DNA of 64,000 bases from an uncultured bacterium (GTDB lineage Bacteria > Oederibacteriota > Oederibacteriia > Oederibacteriales > Oederibacteriaceae): contig OZ218778.1 in the NCBI GenBank assembly GCA_965112635.1, positions 243,666-307,665 on the forward strand, in the 5' to 3' direction. A program made the translations under genes and the position numbers. The notes under the pieces were generated by a model. That model saw nothing but the letters and a program-made list of their open reading frames with translations, made no database searches and was not told where the DNA came from. Positions 10,268 to 18,919 of the stretch are shown here, one piece after another; position 1 is the first letter of the stretch; each line of letters begins with the position of its first letter.

Positions 10268-10684
10268 ATGGCAGGTTTAGTAAGATTTGGCGTATCCCTG
10301 GAAAAAGAACTTCTCAAAAAATTTGATCGACTTATCACCCAAAAACACTACACCAACCGCTCCGAAGCCCTGCGCGACCTCATCCGGGAAGAATTGGTCA
10401 AAGAACAATGGAACCAGGGAGACGAAGTGGCCGGCGCCATTACCCTGATCTACAACCACCACCATAGAGACCTGACCGATAAATTGACTAACATTCAACA
10501 TGATTATGGAGACTGCATCCTGTCTTCCCAGCACATCCACCTAGACCACCACCACTGCCTGGAGATCATCGCGGTCAAAGGGTCCCCCAGCCAGGCGCAA
10601 AAACTGGCCGACACCCTCCACGCGGTTAAAGGAGTCATGCATTCCAGCCTCAGCATGTCCACCACCGGCAAAGAAATACATTAA
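10268..10684 (+). CDS. nikR: nickel-responsive transcriptional regulator NikR
   Basis: 138-aa ORF: ribbon-helix-helix N-terminus (RFGVSLEKELLKKFD) plus His/Cys-rich C-terminal domain (HHHRD, HLDHHHC). Confidence 0.9.
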   Translation: MAGLVRFGVSLEKELLKKFDRLITQKHYTNRSEALRDLIREELVKEQWNQGDEVAGAITLIYNHHHRDLTDKLTNIQHDYGDCILSSQHIHLDHHHCLEIIAVKGSPSQAQKLADTLHAVKGVMHSSLSMSTTGKEIH

Positions 10685-10816
10685 ACCGTATTTTCACTCG
10701 TAACTCCCAGTCCATATCTCCTCAAAAATAATGACCCTCAAACTCTTGACAGACCTACTCCTATGTGTTACTTTTCCAAAATTCGTGTTACTAATTATAC
10801 AAGAGGAGGATTTAAG

Positions 10817-13009
10817 ATGATGAAAAGCAATAAAACCAGGTTTTCCTTGGTCGGTTTTATTTTTTGTTCGCTATTGTTGTCCAACCCTAGCTGGGGGCAG
10901 GATGGCGCCAACAGCACCCTGGATGCATTGCGTCATGACAGCAGCCCTGCGGCAGTTACTAAGAGCGCTATACCTGTAAGTGTGACCAAGACCGCTGCAA
11001 CGGAGTCAACCGTGGCCGGTGAAGAAGTAGTGGTTAGAGGCAGGGCTGCCAACTTGCTGGGACTGGCAGACTCGGCCATGCAGGGCAGTGTCAGCCAGGA
11101 AGACCTGAGCCACCGTGCTTTGCTCAGGACGGGAGAAGTTATGGAAGCCGTACCCGGACTGCTCATCACACAGCACAGTGGTGACGGCAAAGCCAACCAG
11201 TATTTCAGCCGAGGTTTTAATCTTGATCACGGCACTGATTTTTCATTCAATGCTGATGATGTTCCTATTAACCTGCCCAGCAATGCCCATGGTCAAGGCT
11301 ATACAGACCTTAATTTCCTCATTCCCGATCTGGTTAAGGAAGTGAACTATTCCAAAGGACTTAATAGCGTTGAATACGGGGAATTTAATACCGCAGGCTC
11401 AGCCAATTTTGTTTATCCCAATACTCTGCCCCAAAATATCGCTTCTCTGACCATGGGAGAATGGGGATATCAGAGAGGGCTTTTGGCCGCATCCAACCCC
11501 TTGGGGTCAGGGAATTTGTTGTACGCCGTGGAAGTTTGCGGTTATGACGGTCCCTGGGATGTCCCGGAAGATAATAAAAAATATAATGGATTGCTTCGCT
11601 ACAGTTATGGAAACTCAGAGAGCAGGTGGGCGATCACGGCATCCCTTTATCAGGCTGCCTGGACCTCCACTGACCAGGTCCCGCAACGAGCGGTGGACGA
11701 GGGTCTGATCGATTTCTGGGGCAGCCTTGATCCGACTGATGGCGGTAAGACAAAACGCTACAGCGTTTGGGCAAGCTGGAATGGCCAATCCCAGGACTGC
11801 CAGTCCATGGTCATGGCCTATGAAACCTATTTTCATATGAATCTTTGGAGCAACTTCACCTATTTTACTGACGATCCTGTTCACGGCGACCAGTTTGAAC
11901 AGGAAGATGAGCGGTATATCACCGGCGCTAAAGCCAGGCAGATATACAACAACACTATCGCCGGGCTGGCCATGAAAAATGAGATCGGCGCGGATTTCCG
12001 CAATGATGACGTGCCCATCCTGGGCCTTTACGATACGGAGGCTCATATTCCGTGGCAAACCGTCCAGCTTAACCAGATGGTCCAAACCAGCGGAGCTCCC
12101 TATGCGGAAAATACCACTTATTGGACACCATGGCTGAGAAGTATTTTGGGATACCGTCACGACTTCTTCCATTTCAAAGTTAACGGTGCTACTCCTGCTA
12201 CCAGCGGAGAGGCTGATGCCAACATAGCCGAACCTAAGGTAGCCCTGGTGCTGCGGCCTTATGAAGGGCCGGTGGAGCTGTACGCCAACTATGGCTGGGG
12301 TTTTCACTCCAATGACGCGCGTATCATTGCGCCGGATGCTTTAAATCAGTTAAGCATTATGGGCAACAATGTGAACACCGCTCCCCTGGTCCACGCGGAG
12401 GGAGAAGAAGTAGGCGCCCGTTTCGGCTGGCAGAATTTATTTGAATCCACGGTATCTTTATGGCGCCTGCATCTGGATTCTGAATTGACTTTTGACGGAG
12501 ACGCGGCCGCTCCCAGTCCCAATGGGCCTTCTACGCGTAATGGGGTGGAATGGTCCAATTCCTTGAGGCCTAAACCCTTTTTCCTGGATTTCGACTACTC
12601 CTGGTGCCAGGCGCGGTTTGATCAGACTGCGTTAGATGATGATGGAGAGCACCCGGGTGAGTATGTGCCGGAGGCTCCGGTAAACATGGCTACAGCCACT
12701 TTAGGCACTGATCCCATAGAAGGCTGGTCTGCGGACTGTCGTTTGCGTTACTTTGGGGCAAGGCCGCTGGTACCGGATAATTCGGTGCAATCCAGCGACC
12801 TGACACTGGTAAGTCTTCGTGTCAGCCGTCAGCTGACGGAAAATCAATCCATTTTCTTCGATATTTTTAATCTTTTTAACCAGCGGGGTTATGATATTTC
12901 TTATTATTACGCCACAAGCGTACAGTCGGGAGCCCCGTCGATCCCGGACATAAACAGTAAACCCGCTGAGCCGCGGTCTTTGCGTGTGACCTGGCAGGAC
13001 CGTTTCTAA
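10817..13009 (+). CDS. TonB-dependent outer-membrane receptor, probably nickel/metal uptake by context
   Basis: signal peptide, plug-domain-like region, ~700-aa barrel ending in F; GAGGAGG RBS before ATG at 10817 (track ORF starts at 10763). Confidence 0.85.
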   Translation: MMKSNKTRFSLVGFIFCSLLLSNPSWGQDGANSTLDALRHDSSPAAVTKSAIPVSVTKTAATESTVAGEEVVVRGRAANLLGLADSAMQGSVSQEDLSHRALLRTGEVMEAVPGLLITQHSGDGKANQYFSRGFNLDHGTDFSFNADDVPINLPSNAHGQGYTDLNFLIPDLVKEVNYSKGLNSVEYGEFNTAGSANFVYPNTLPQNIASLTMGEWGYQRGLLAASNPLGSGNLLYAVEVCGYDGPWDVPEDNKKYNGLLRYSYGNSESRWAITASLYQAAWTSTDQVPQRAVDEGLIDFWGSLDPTDGGKTKRYSVWASWNGQSQDCQSMVMAYETYFHMNLWSNFTYFTDDPVHGDQFEQEDERYITGAKARQIYNNTIAGLAMKNEIGADFRNDDVPILGLYDTEAHIPWQTVQLNQMVQTSGAPYAENTTYWTPWLRSILGYRHDFFHFKVNGATPATSGEADANIAEPKVALVLRPYEGPVELYANYGWGFHSNDARIIAPDALNQLSIMGNNVNTAPLVHAEGEEVGARFGWQNLFESTVSLWRLHLDSELTFDGDAAAPSPNGPSTRNGVEWSNSLRPKPFFLDFDYSWCQARFDQTALDDDGEHPGEYVPEAPVNMATATLGTDPIEGWSADCRLRYFGARPLVPDNSVQSSDLTLVSLRVSRQLTENQSIFFDIFNLFNQRGYDISYYYATSVQSGAPSIPDINSKPAEPRSLRVTWQDRF

Positions 13010-13037
13010 CTAAATAATTAAGGAGGAAATTAACTAG

Positions 13038-13661
13038 ATGCAGACTATTTTGCAAAACTTGGCTCTGATCGGGGACGTCTGGGTCATCTACCTTTTGATC
13101 GCCGCAAGCCTGCTTTCTTTGGCGGTCATGGTGGAAAGATGGATGGTCTTCTCGCGTAACAGGGGAGATGTCACGGTTCTAATGGACGGATTAGGCGAAC
13201 GCCTGGAAAAAAAGGATATCAAGGGGGCTCTGGAATTTACCCGTGGTTTTCCCAATGTGGAGGGCAGGGTTGCCGTGGCGGGACTGGAGCATTTTTCCAA
13301 AGGCGCGGCTTCCGTGGAAGAGGCCATGTCCGCCAGGATCATCCGAGAGCGGAAGCATTTGGGGAAAAAACTGATCATCCTCAGCACGCTGGGCAATAAC
13401 GCGCCCTTTATCGGGTTGTTCGGGACCGTGCTCGGTATCATCAAAGCGTTCAACGACCTTGCGGTCAGCGGAAGCTCGGGGGTGTCCGTGGTCATGGCCG
13501 GCATTTCCTCGGCTCTGATCGCCACGGCATTCGGCATCGCGGTGGCTGTCCCCGCCGTCATAGCCAATAATTATTTCCGCAACCGGCTCAACGAGGTCAG
13601 ATCCAACGCCGAAGAGGTGTCCAAAATGCTTTTGCTTTACATCAAAGCGCAGGGAAAGTAG
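13038..13661 (+). CDS. exbB: MotA/TolQ/ExbB proton channel protein
   Basis: 207-aa membrane protein with ExbB/TolQ-like TM helices; AGGAGG RBS. Confidence 0.85.
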   Translation: MQTILQNLALIGDVWVIYLLIAASLLSLAVMVERWMVFSRNRGDVTVLMDGLGERLEKKDIKGALEFTRGFPNVEGRVAVAGLEHFSKGAASVEEAMSARIIRERKHLGKKLIILSTLGNNAPFIGLFGTVLGIIKAFNDLAVSGSSGVSVVMAGISSALIATAFGIAVAVPAVIANNYFRNRLNEVRSNAEEVSKMLLLYIKAQGK

Positions 13662-13670
13662 GAGGAAGCC

Positions 13671-14069
13671 GTGCAAAACTCTGAAGACGAACAGGAAATA
13701 GTCGGCGGCATCAATATCACGCCCATGGTGGATATCACCCTGGTACTGTTGATCATTTTCATGGTCACGGCGACCTTTATGGCGCAATCAGGCCTGAAAG
13801 TGAACCTTCCCAAGGCGGTCACTACCGAAGCGGCTTTCACCGCCAGCCTGACCGTAACCCTGGATTCCAAGGGTTATCTCTATCTGATGAAGTCACCCAT
13901 AGATGAGAAAGGTCTCAGGGCTGCCCTGCAGCACGAAGTCAGGCTCAATCCCGGCGTGAAAGTTACCATTGCCGCAGACAAGAAACAATATTATGAGCAG
14001 GTCATCCATATCCTGGACCTGGTCAAGCAGGCGGGTATCAGTAAAGTGGCGCTAGCCGCGGAAAGGTAG
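13671..14069 (+). CDS. exbD: ExbD/TolR biopolymer transport protein
   Basis: 132-aa ORF, single TM then periplasmic domain; GTG start with GGAGGA RBS. Confidence 0.85.
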   Translation: MQNSEDEQEIVGGINITPMVDITLVLLIIFMVTATFMAQSGLKVNLPKAVTTEAAFTASLTVTLDSKGYLYLMKSPIDEKGLRAALQHEVRLNPGVKVTIAADKKQYYEQVIHILDLVKQAGISKVALAAER

Positions 14070-14075
14070 GGCGGG

Positions 14076-14684
14076 TTGTTTTCTGTTTCCGGTGTGAATG
14101 GTGGGTGGCAGGACCCTGGAAGAAAAGATTTTTATCTGGGCGCCGTGGTGTCATTGGCCGTGCATCTGGCGCTGCTTGCCATTTTTTACTGTTTATTTTC
14201 CTACCTGAAGAACAGCGCGCCTGTGTCCATGGACCTGGACCTTTCCGTGGCCCCTGCTGTGGTTCCCTTGAGCCGTCCCGTGAAAAAAGAACATGTGGTT
14301 CCGCCCCAAGCCTGGGTGGCGCCTAAAGCTGGGATAGCTCCGACACCCCAAAATGTAAGTGAAACCGCCCAGCCGGTGGAAGAACAATATGTGCCCTCAG
14401 CCGTTACAGCGCTCAAGCCCCGCTGGTTAGACGGGTTTATTACCGATGAGGACTACCCGCCGCAGGCGCGGAGCAAAGGGGAAAAGGGAACGGTCAAGGC
14501 GGAAGTTTTTATTGATGCCTCAGGTATGGTCAAGGATCTGAAAATAGTCCAGGAAAGTTATCCTGCCTTGAATGAGGTGGTTTTGCACAAATTAAAGGAT
14601 GCCAAGTTTACGCCAGCCCGTGATGCCTCGGGAAAACCTGTGCCCTGCAAGATGTTGCTGCCCATTAAATTTGAATTGTATTAA
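14076..14684 (+). CDS. tonB: energy transducer TonB
   Basis: N-terminal TM, Pro-rich linker, TonB-like C-terminal domain; TTG/GTG start, exact start uncertain. Confidence 0.7.
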   Translation: MFSVSGVNGGWQDPGRKDFYLGAVVSLAVHLALLAIFYCLFSYLKNSAPVSMDLDLSVAPAVVPLSRPVKKEHVVPPQAWVAPKAGIAPTPQNVSETAQPVEEQYVPSAVTALKPRWLDGFITDEDYPPQARSKGEKGTVKAEVFIDASGMVKDLKIVQESYPALNEVVLHKLKDAKFTPARDASGKPVPCKMLLPIKFELY

Positions 14685-14766
14685 GATAGTTCTTGATTAT
14701 GTTCAGGAAAAAGCTATTACCAAAACAGTGAAGCCATCCTGCTGACTTTATGAAAGGATAAATTTT

Positions 14767-15786
14767 ATGCACATTCCTGACGGATATTTAGGACCGACCA
14801 CCTGCGGATTTTTTTATGTGGTCATGGTGCCGATCTGGATGACCGCTTCCCGCATGGTCAAAAAGACCCTCAAGGCCGGTCAGATCCCTTTTCTGGCCAT
14901 TGGCGCGGCTTTTAGCTTTGTCATTATGATGTTCAATGTCCCCATCCCCGCTGGCTCTACCGGCCACGCGGTAGGCGGCGCCTTGATCGCCATCCTGCTC
15001 GGACCCTGGGGCGCCTGTCTGACCGTTTCCGTAGCCTTGGTCATCCAGGCCTTTTTGTTCGGAGATGGCGGCCTGACCGCCATCGGCGCCAACTGCTTTA
15101 ATATGGCCGTCGTACTGCCCTTTTCTGCGTACCTTATTTACCGGCTCTTGTCCGGCTCCGCCCAAAAAAGTCCGACCAGAAATGTCTGGGCCGCGGGTAT
15201 CGCCGGCTACCTTTCCATCAATATCGCCGCTCTGTGCGCCGGTGTGGAGTTCGGCTTACAGCCTTTGCTCTACCATACCGCGGATGGACAGGCTCTTTAC
15301 TGCCCGTTCGGCTTGAGCGTTGCAGTGCCGGCCATGCTGGGCGGACACTTGCTGGTTTTTGGGTGGATAGAAGGCTTGGTCACCGCTCTGCTGGTCAAAT
15401 ATCTCCAACAGCACTCTCCTGAAATGCTCGCTCGCCCCGCCCTAAAAACTTCCACCAAATTATGGGCCTGTCTTGGCATCCTTGCGGTGCTGACCCCGTT
15501 AGGACTGCTCATCCCCGCCTGGCTCCACGGAGGAGACGCCTGGGGTGAGTGGGCGCCTGAAGAAATACAAAAAATCGCCGGCTATGTTCCCCAGGGCCTG
15601 CAAAAACTTTCCGCGCTCTGGAATGCCCCTTTGGCTGACTATGGTTTTAAAAGCTGGGAAGGAAAAGGATTGGGATACTCAAGCCTAGCCTATATAATAT
15701 CAGCCGTTCTAGGCGCAGCCCTGATCGCTTTTTGCGTCTGGTTATTGTTCAAATATCTCTTCCGGAAAGGCTTTTCCAAAAAATGA
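14767..15786 (+). CDS. nikMN: ECF-type Ni/Co transporter substrate-capture protein, fused NikMN (CbiMN-like)
   Basis: starts MHIPDGYL (CbiM/NikM hallmark); 339 aa with extra C-terminal TM region consistent with an N-component fusion. Confidence 0.85.
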   Translation: MHIPDGYLGPTTCGFFYVVMVPIWMTASRMVKKTLKAGQIPFLAIGAAFSFVIMMFNVPIPAGSTGHAVGGALIAILLGPWGACLTVSVALVIQAFLFGDGGLTAIGANCFNMAVVLPFSAYLIYRLLSGSAQKSPTRNVWAAGIAGYLSINIAALCAGVEFGLQPLLYHTADGQALYCPFGLSVAVPAMLGGHLLVFGWIEGLVTALLVKYLQQHSPEMLARPALKTSTKLWACLGILAVLTPLGLLIPAWLHGGDAWGEWAPEEIQKIAGYVPQGLQKLSALWNAPLADYGFKSWEGKGLGYSSLAYIISAVLGAALIAFCVWLLFKYLFRKGFSKK

Positions 15787-16589
15787 ATTTTGTGGAACGC
15801 ACTATCCTGGCTGCTCTTTCCCTGCTGAAAAATTCCATGTTCGCCGAGGATATCGCCCGCCAAAAAGGGCTCTTACAAACACTGGACCCACGGGTCAAGG
15901 CTGTTTCTTTGCTGGCCTTGATCGTGCTGGTCCTGTTCACCAAAAACTTATGGGTACTGGCTTGTATTTATGGTCTATGTCTGGTCCTGGCTATGCTATC
16001 GAGGATCCGCCTGCTGTTTTTCCTGGAGCGCACCTGGATCTTTATCCCCCTGTTTTCCCTGCTCATCGCCATACCTGCTCTTTTTAGTTTTGTATCACCG
16101 GGCCGGCCTTTGTTCTCCTGGGGGATATGGACCATCACCAGCCAGGGATTAGGCAGCGCCGTCATCTTTATCAGCCGCGTCATCACCTCGGTGTCCCTAG
16201 CCGTGCTTTTGAACCTGACCACCCGTCACCTGGAACTGCTCAAGGTCCTTAGGATATTCGGGATCCCGCAAATGTTCGTCATGATCCTGTCCATGAGCTA
16301 CCGTTATATTTTTCTTTTTGTGGAGATCATGGAAAACACCCACCGGGCCGTGCAGAGCCGCGTCGGCTCGGCCATTCATTATAAAAAAGGTCAGCACCTG
16401 GTGGCCTGGAGCATGGCTGGCCTGTGGAGCCGTTCAGTCGGCCTGCAGGAACAGGTGCACCACGCCATGCTCTCCCGCGGATTTCAAGGCGAGCCGGTCC
16501 TCCTGCACCGCATGAGCACAAGGTTCAGGGACTGGGCCTGGCTGGCCTGCGTTCTCGTCCTGGTAGTCTGTTTGTGGGGAGCGTCCTGA
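15783..16589 (+). CDS. nikQ: ECF transporter transmembrane (T) component NikQ/CbiQ
   Basis: polytopic membrane protein; ATG overlaps nikMN stop (ATGA). Confidence 0.8.
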   Translation: MNFVERTILAALSLLKNSMFAEDIARQKGLLQTLDPRVKAVSLLALIVLVLFTKNLWVLACIYGLCLVLAMLSRIRLLFFLERTWIFIPLFSLLIAIPALFSFVSPGRPLFSWGIWTITSQGLGSAVIFISRVITSVSLAVLLNLTTRHLELLKVLRIFGIPQMFVMILSMSYRYIFLFVEIMENTHRAVQSRVGSAIHYKKGQHLVAWSMAGLWSRSVGLQEQVHHAMLSRGFQGEPVLLHRMSTRFRDWAWLACVLVLVVCLWGAS

Positions 16590-17401
16590 TGAAACCTATC
16601 TTTGAGTTTCAAAAAGTCAGCTATGCTTACCTGGGTAAATTCCCGGCCCTGCGGGACATCACTCTAACTATCCCGGCTGGAAAAATGGTCACCCTGGTCG
16701 GCGCCAACGGTTCGGGCAAATCCACGCTCCTGCAGATGATGGACGGTCTTTTGTTCCCGGACAGCGGGACCATAGTTTTTGATGGCAGACAGCTGGCCAG
16801 CGCTGAACTGGAAAAACAGGACTTTTCCAAGACCTTTAGACAAAAGGTAGGACTGGTCTTCCAGAACCCCGACATCCAGCTTTTTTGTCCTACGGTCCGC
16901 GAGGATATTATTTTTGGTCCGCTCCAGCTGGGGATAGACGAAAAAATAGTGATGAACCGATTGGAAGAGTTGGCCGTAGCCCTTAAACTCACGCCTCTCC
17001 TGGACCGTGCCCCGCATCAGTTGAGCATCGGCGAAAAACGCAAGGTGGCCATAGCCTCCACCCTGGCCATAGACCCTGAGGTTTTGCTTTTGGATGAACC
17101 CACAGCCGGCCTGGACCCCATGACCACGGCTTCCATCCTGGAGATCCTGCTCACAGCCAATCAGTCAGGCAAGACCATTATTACAGCCACCCACGACCTG
17201 CATATTTTAGAGGAGATCGCGGACACAGTGTTCGTTTTCGGGCAGGATAAGACCATCGTCGCGGAAAGCACCCCCGAATCCATACTCAAGGATACGGACC
17301 TCCTGCAAGCGAACAACCTGGTGCATTTTCATCCGCACAGCCATAAAGGCAGGATGCACCAGCATCCCCACCAGCACCCGGACCACCACGAAGGAAGCTA
17401 A
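16589..17401 (+). CDS. nikO: ECF transporter ATPase NikO/CbiO with His-rich C-terminal tail
   Basis: Walker A GANGSGKST, signature LSIGEKRK, Walker B LLLDEPTAGLD; tail HFHPHSHKGRMHQHPHQHPDHHEGS; start overlaps nikQ stop. Confidence 0.85.
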   Translation: MKPIFEFQKVSYAYLGKFPALRDITLTIPAGKMVTLVGANGSGKSTLLQMMDGLLFPDSGTIVFDGRQLASAELEKQDFSKTFRQKVGLVFQNPDIQLFCPTVREDIIFGPLQLGIDEKIVMNRLEELAVALKLTPLLDRAPHQLSIGEKRKVAIASTLAIDPEVLLLDEPTAGLDPMTTASILEILLTANQSGKTIITATHDLHILEEIADTVFVFGQDKTIVAESTPESILKDTDLLQANNLVHFHPHSHKGRMHQHPHQHPDHHEGS

Positions 17402-17423
17402 AGCCCCTGTATTTGAAGGCTCT

Positions 17424-17816
17424 TTATCTAAGCTGTTCTATCCGCTTTTTCAGCTCATTGAATACATCCTGGAAGCTTTGCCTTTGTTCTTCCTGGGTCA
17501 GGCCCGGCCTGGCCGGGTCAGGCAAGCCCCAATGTATCCTCTTGGCCTTGCCCAAAAATACCGGGCATTCCTCCTCCGCGCACAGGGTTATGACCGTATC
17601 CACCGTGGCGGGGTCTATCTCCTTCACGGATTTGGAGCGTTGTTGGGATAGGTCGATGCCAGCCTCCTGGGCAACTTGGATGGCCAGTGGATGGACCCGT
17701 GAAGGCTTGGACCCGGCGCTTTGCACCATGACCTCGGGCCCCAAGATATGCCTGGCCAATCCTTCAGCCATCTGGCTGCGCGCCGAATTGCCCACGCAAA
17801 GGAAAAGTATCTTCAT
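17424..17816 (-). CDS. arsC: arsenate reductase, LMW-PTP/thioredoxin-coupled type
   Basis: 130-aa ORF with CVGNSARS P-loop. Confidence 0.85.
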   Translation of the reverse strand: MKILFLCVGNSARSQMAEGLARHILGPEVMVQSAGSKPSRVHPLAIQVAQEAGIDLSQQRSKSVKEIDPATVDTVITLCAEEECPVFLGKAKRIHWGLPDPARPGLTQEEQRQSFQDVFNELKKRIEQLR

Positions 17817-18874
17817 GGCTTCCCTTCCTTAAAATAGGCCCTCTTGAAATACAACGCCACATTGACCAGGCTGATCAAGACCGGCACCTCGACCAAGGGG
17901 CCGATGACCGCGGTAAAGGCCACTGCCGAACCAATGCCGAACACGGCCACCGCTACCGCGATGGCCAGCTCAAAATTGTTGCTGGCCGCGGTAAAAGACA
18001 ATGAAGCGGTCTGGGCGTAACCGGCCTTGAATTTTCTGCCCAGGTAAAAGGAGATAAAGAACATCACCACAAAATAGACCAGGAGCGGCATGGCGATACG
18101 CAGGACATCCAGCGGAATGCGGACTATGGTCCCTCCCCTGAGCGAAAACATCACGACGATCGTAAAGAGCAAAGCAATGAGCATGATAGGACTGATACGG
18201 GGAATGAATTTATTTTGGTACCACTCTTTGCCTTTGGCCCGGATCAGGAAGATGCGCGTGAACAACCCGGCCAGGAAAGGGATACCGAGATAGATAAAAA
18301 CGCTCTTGGCGATCTGTGCGATGGTCACGGGTACCGCGGCTCCGGCCAGGCCAAACCATCTCGGCAGGACCGTGATAAAGACCCAGGCAAATACGGAAAA
18401 AAACAGGACCTGGAATATGGAGTTAAAAGCCACCAGCCCGGCGCAGTATTCGCTGTCCCCGCAGGCCAGCTCGTTCCAGACAATGACCATGGCAATGCAC
18501 CGGGCCAGTCCTATCAGGATGAGGCCGATCATGTATTCGGGGTAGTGGCGCAGGAACAGGACAGCCAGGCTGAACATCAGGATAGGCCCAATGACCCAGT
18601 TGAGAACAAGGGACAGGATCAGGACCTTGATATTTTTGAACACATCTCCCAGTTCCTCGTATTTGACCTTGGCCAATGGCGGGTACATCATCAGGATAAG
18701 CCCGATGGCTATGGGAATATTTGTCGTACCCGAGGAAAAGCCGTTGACCAGAGATGAAATGCCCGAATAAAAATATCCTATGCCCACGCCCATCCCCATA
18801 GCCAGAAATATCCACAGGGTTAAATAACGGTCCAGGAAGGAAAGTTTTTTAAGAAGACTATTTGGGGGTTTCAT
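17813..18874 (-). CDS. acr3: ACR3-family arsenite efflux permease
   Basis: 353-aa polytopic membrane protein of ACR3 size and pattern; stop overlaps arsC start. Confidence 0.8.
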   Translation of the reverse strand: MKPPNSLLKKLSFLDRYLTLWIFLAMGMGVGIGYFYSGISSLVNGFSSGTTNIPIAIGLILMMYPPLAKVKYEELGDVFKNIKVLILSLVLNWVIGPILMFSLAVLFLRHYPEYMIGLILIGLARCIAMVIVWNELACGDSEYCAGLVAFNSIFQVLFFSVFAWVFITVLPRWFGLAGAAVPVTIAQIAKSVFIYLGIPFLAGLFTRIFLIRAKGKEWYQNKFIPRISPIMLIALLFTIVVMFSLRGGTIVRIPLDVLRIAMPLLVYFVVMFFISFYLGRKFKAGYAQTASLSFTAASNNFELAIAVAVAVFGIGSAVAFTAVIGPLVEVPVLISLVNVALYFKRAYFKEGKP

Positions 18875-18919
18875 TTACACCATACTTTGAAATTAAAGTG
18901 TGTTTTGTTTTGGAAGGTC

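Noticed and set aside
11615-12307. Minus-strand ORF of 230 aa inside the TonB-dependent receptor gene
   Set aside because: Antisense to a confidently identified receptor with plug and barrel; no motifs.
16424-16588. N-terminal extension of the NikO ORF (MEPFSRPAGTGAPRH...)
   Set aside because: Overlaps nikQ in another frame; the ATG at 16589 coupled to the nikQ stop gives a canonical ATPase N-terminus.
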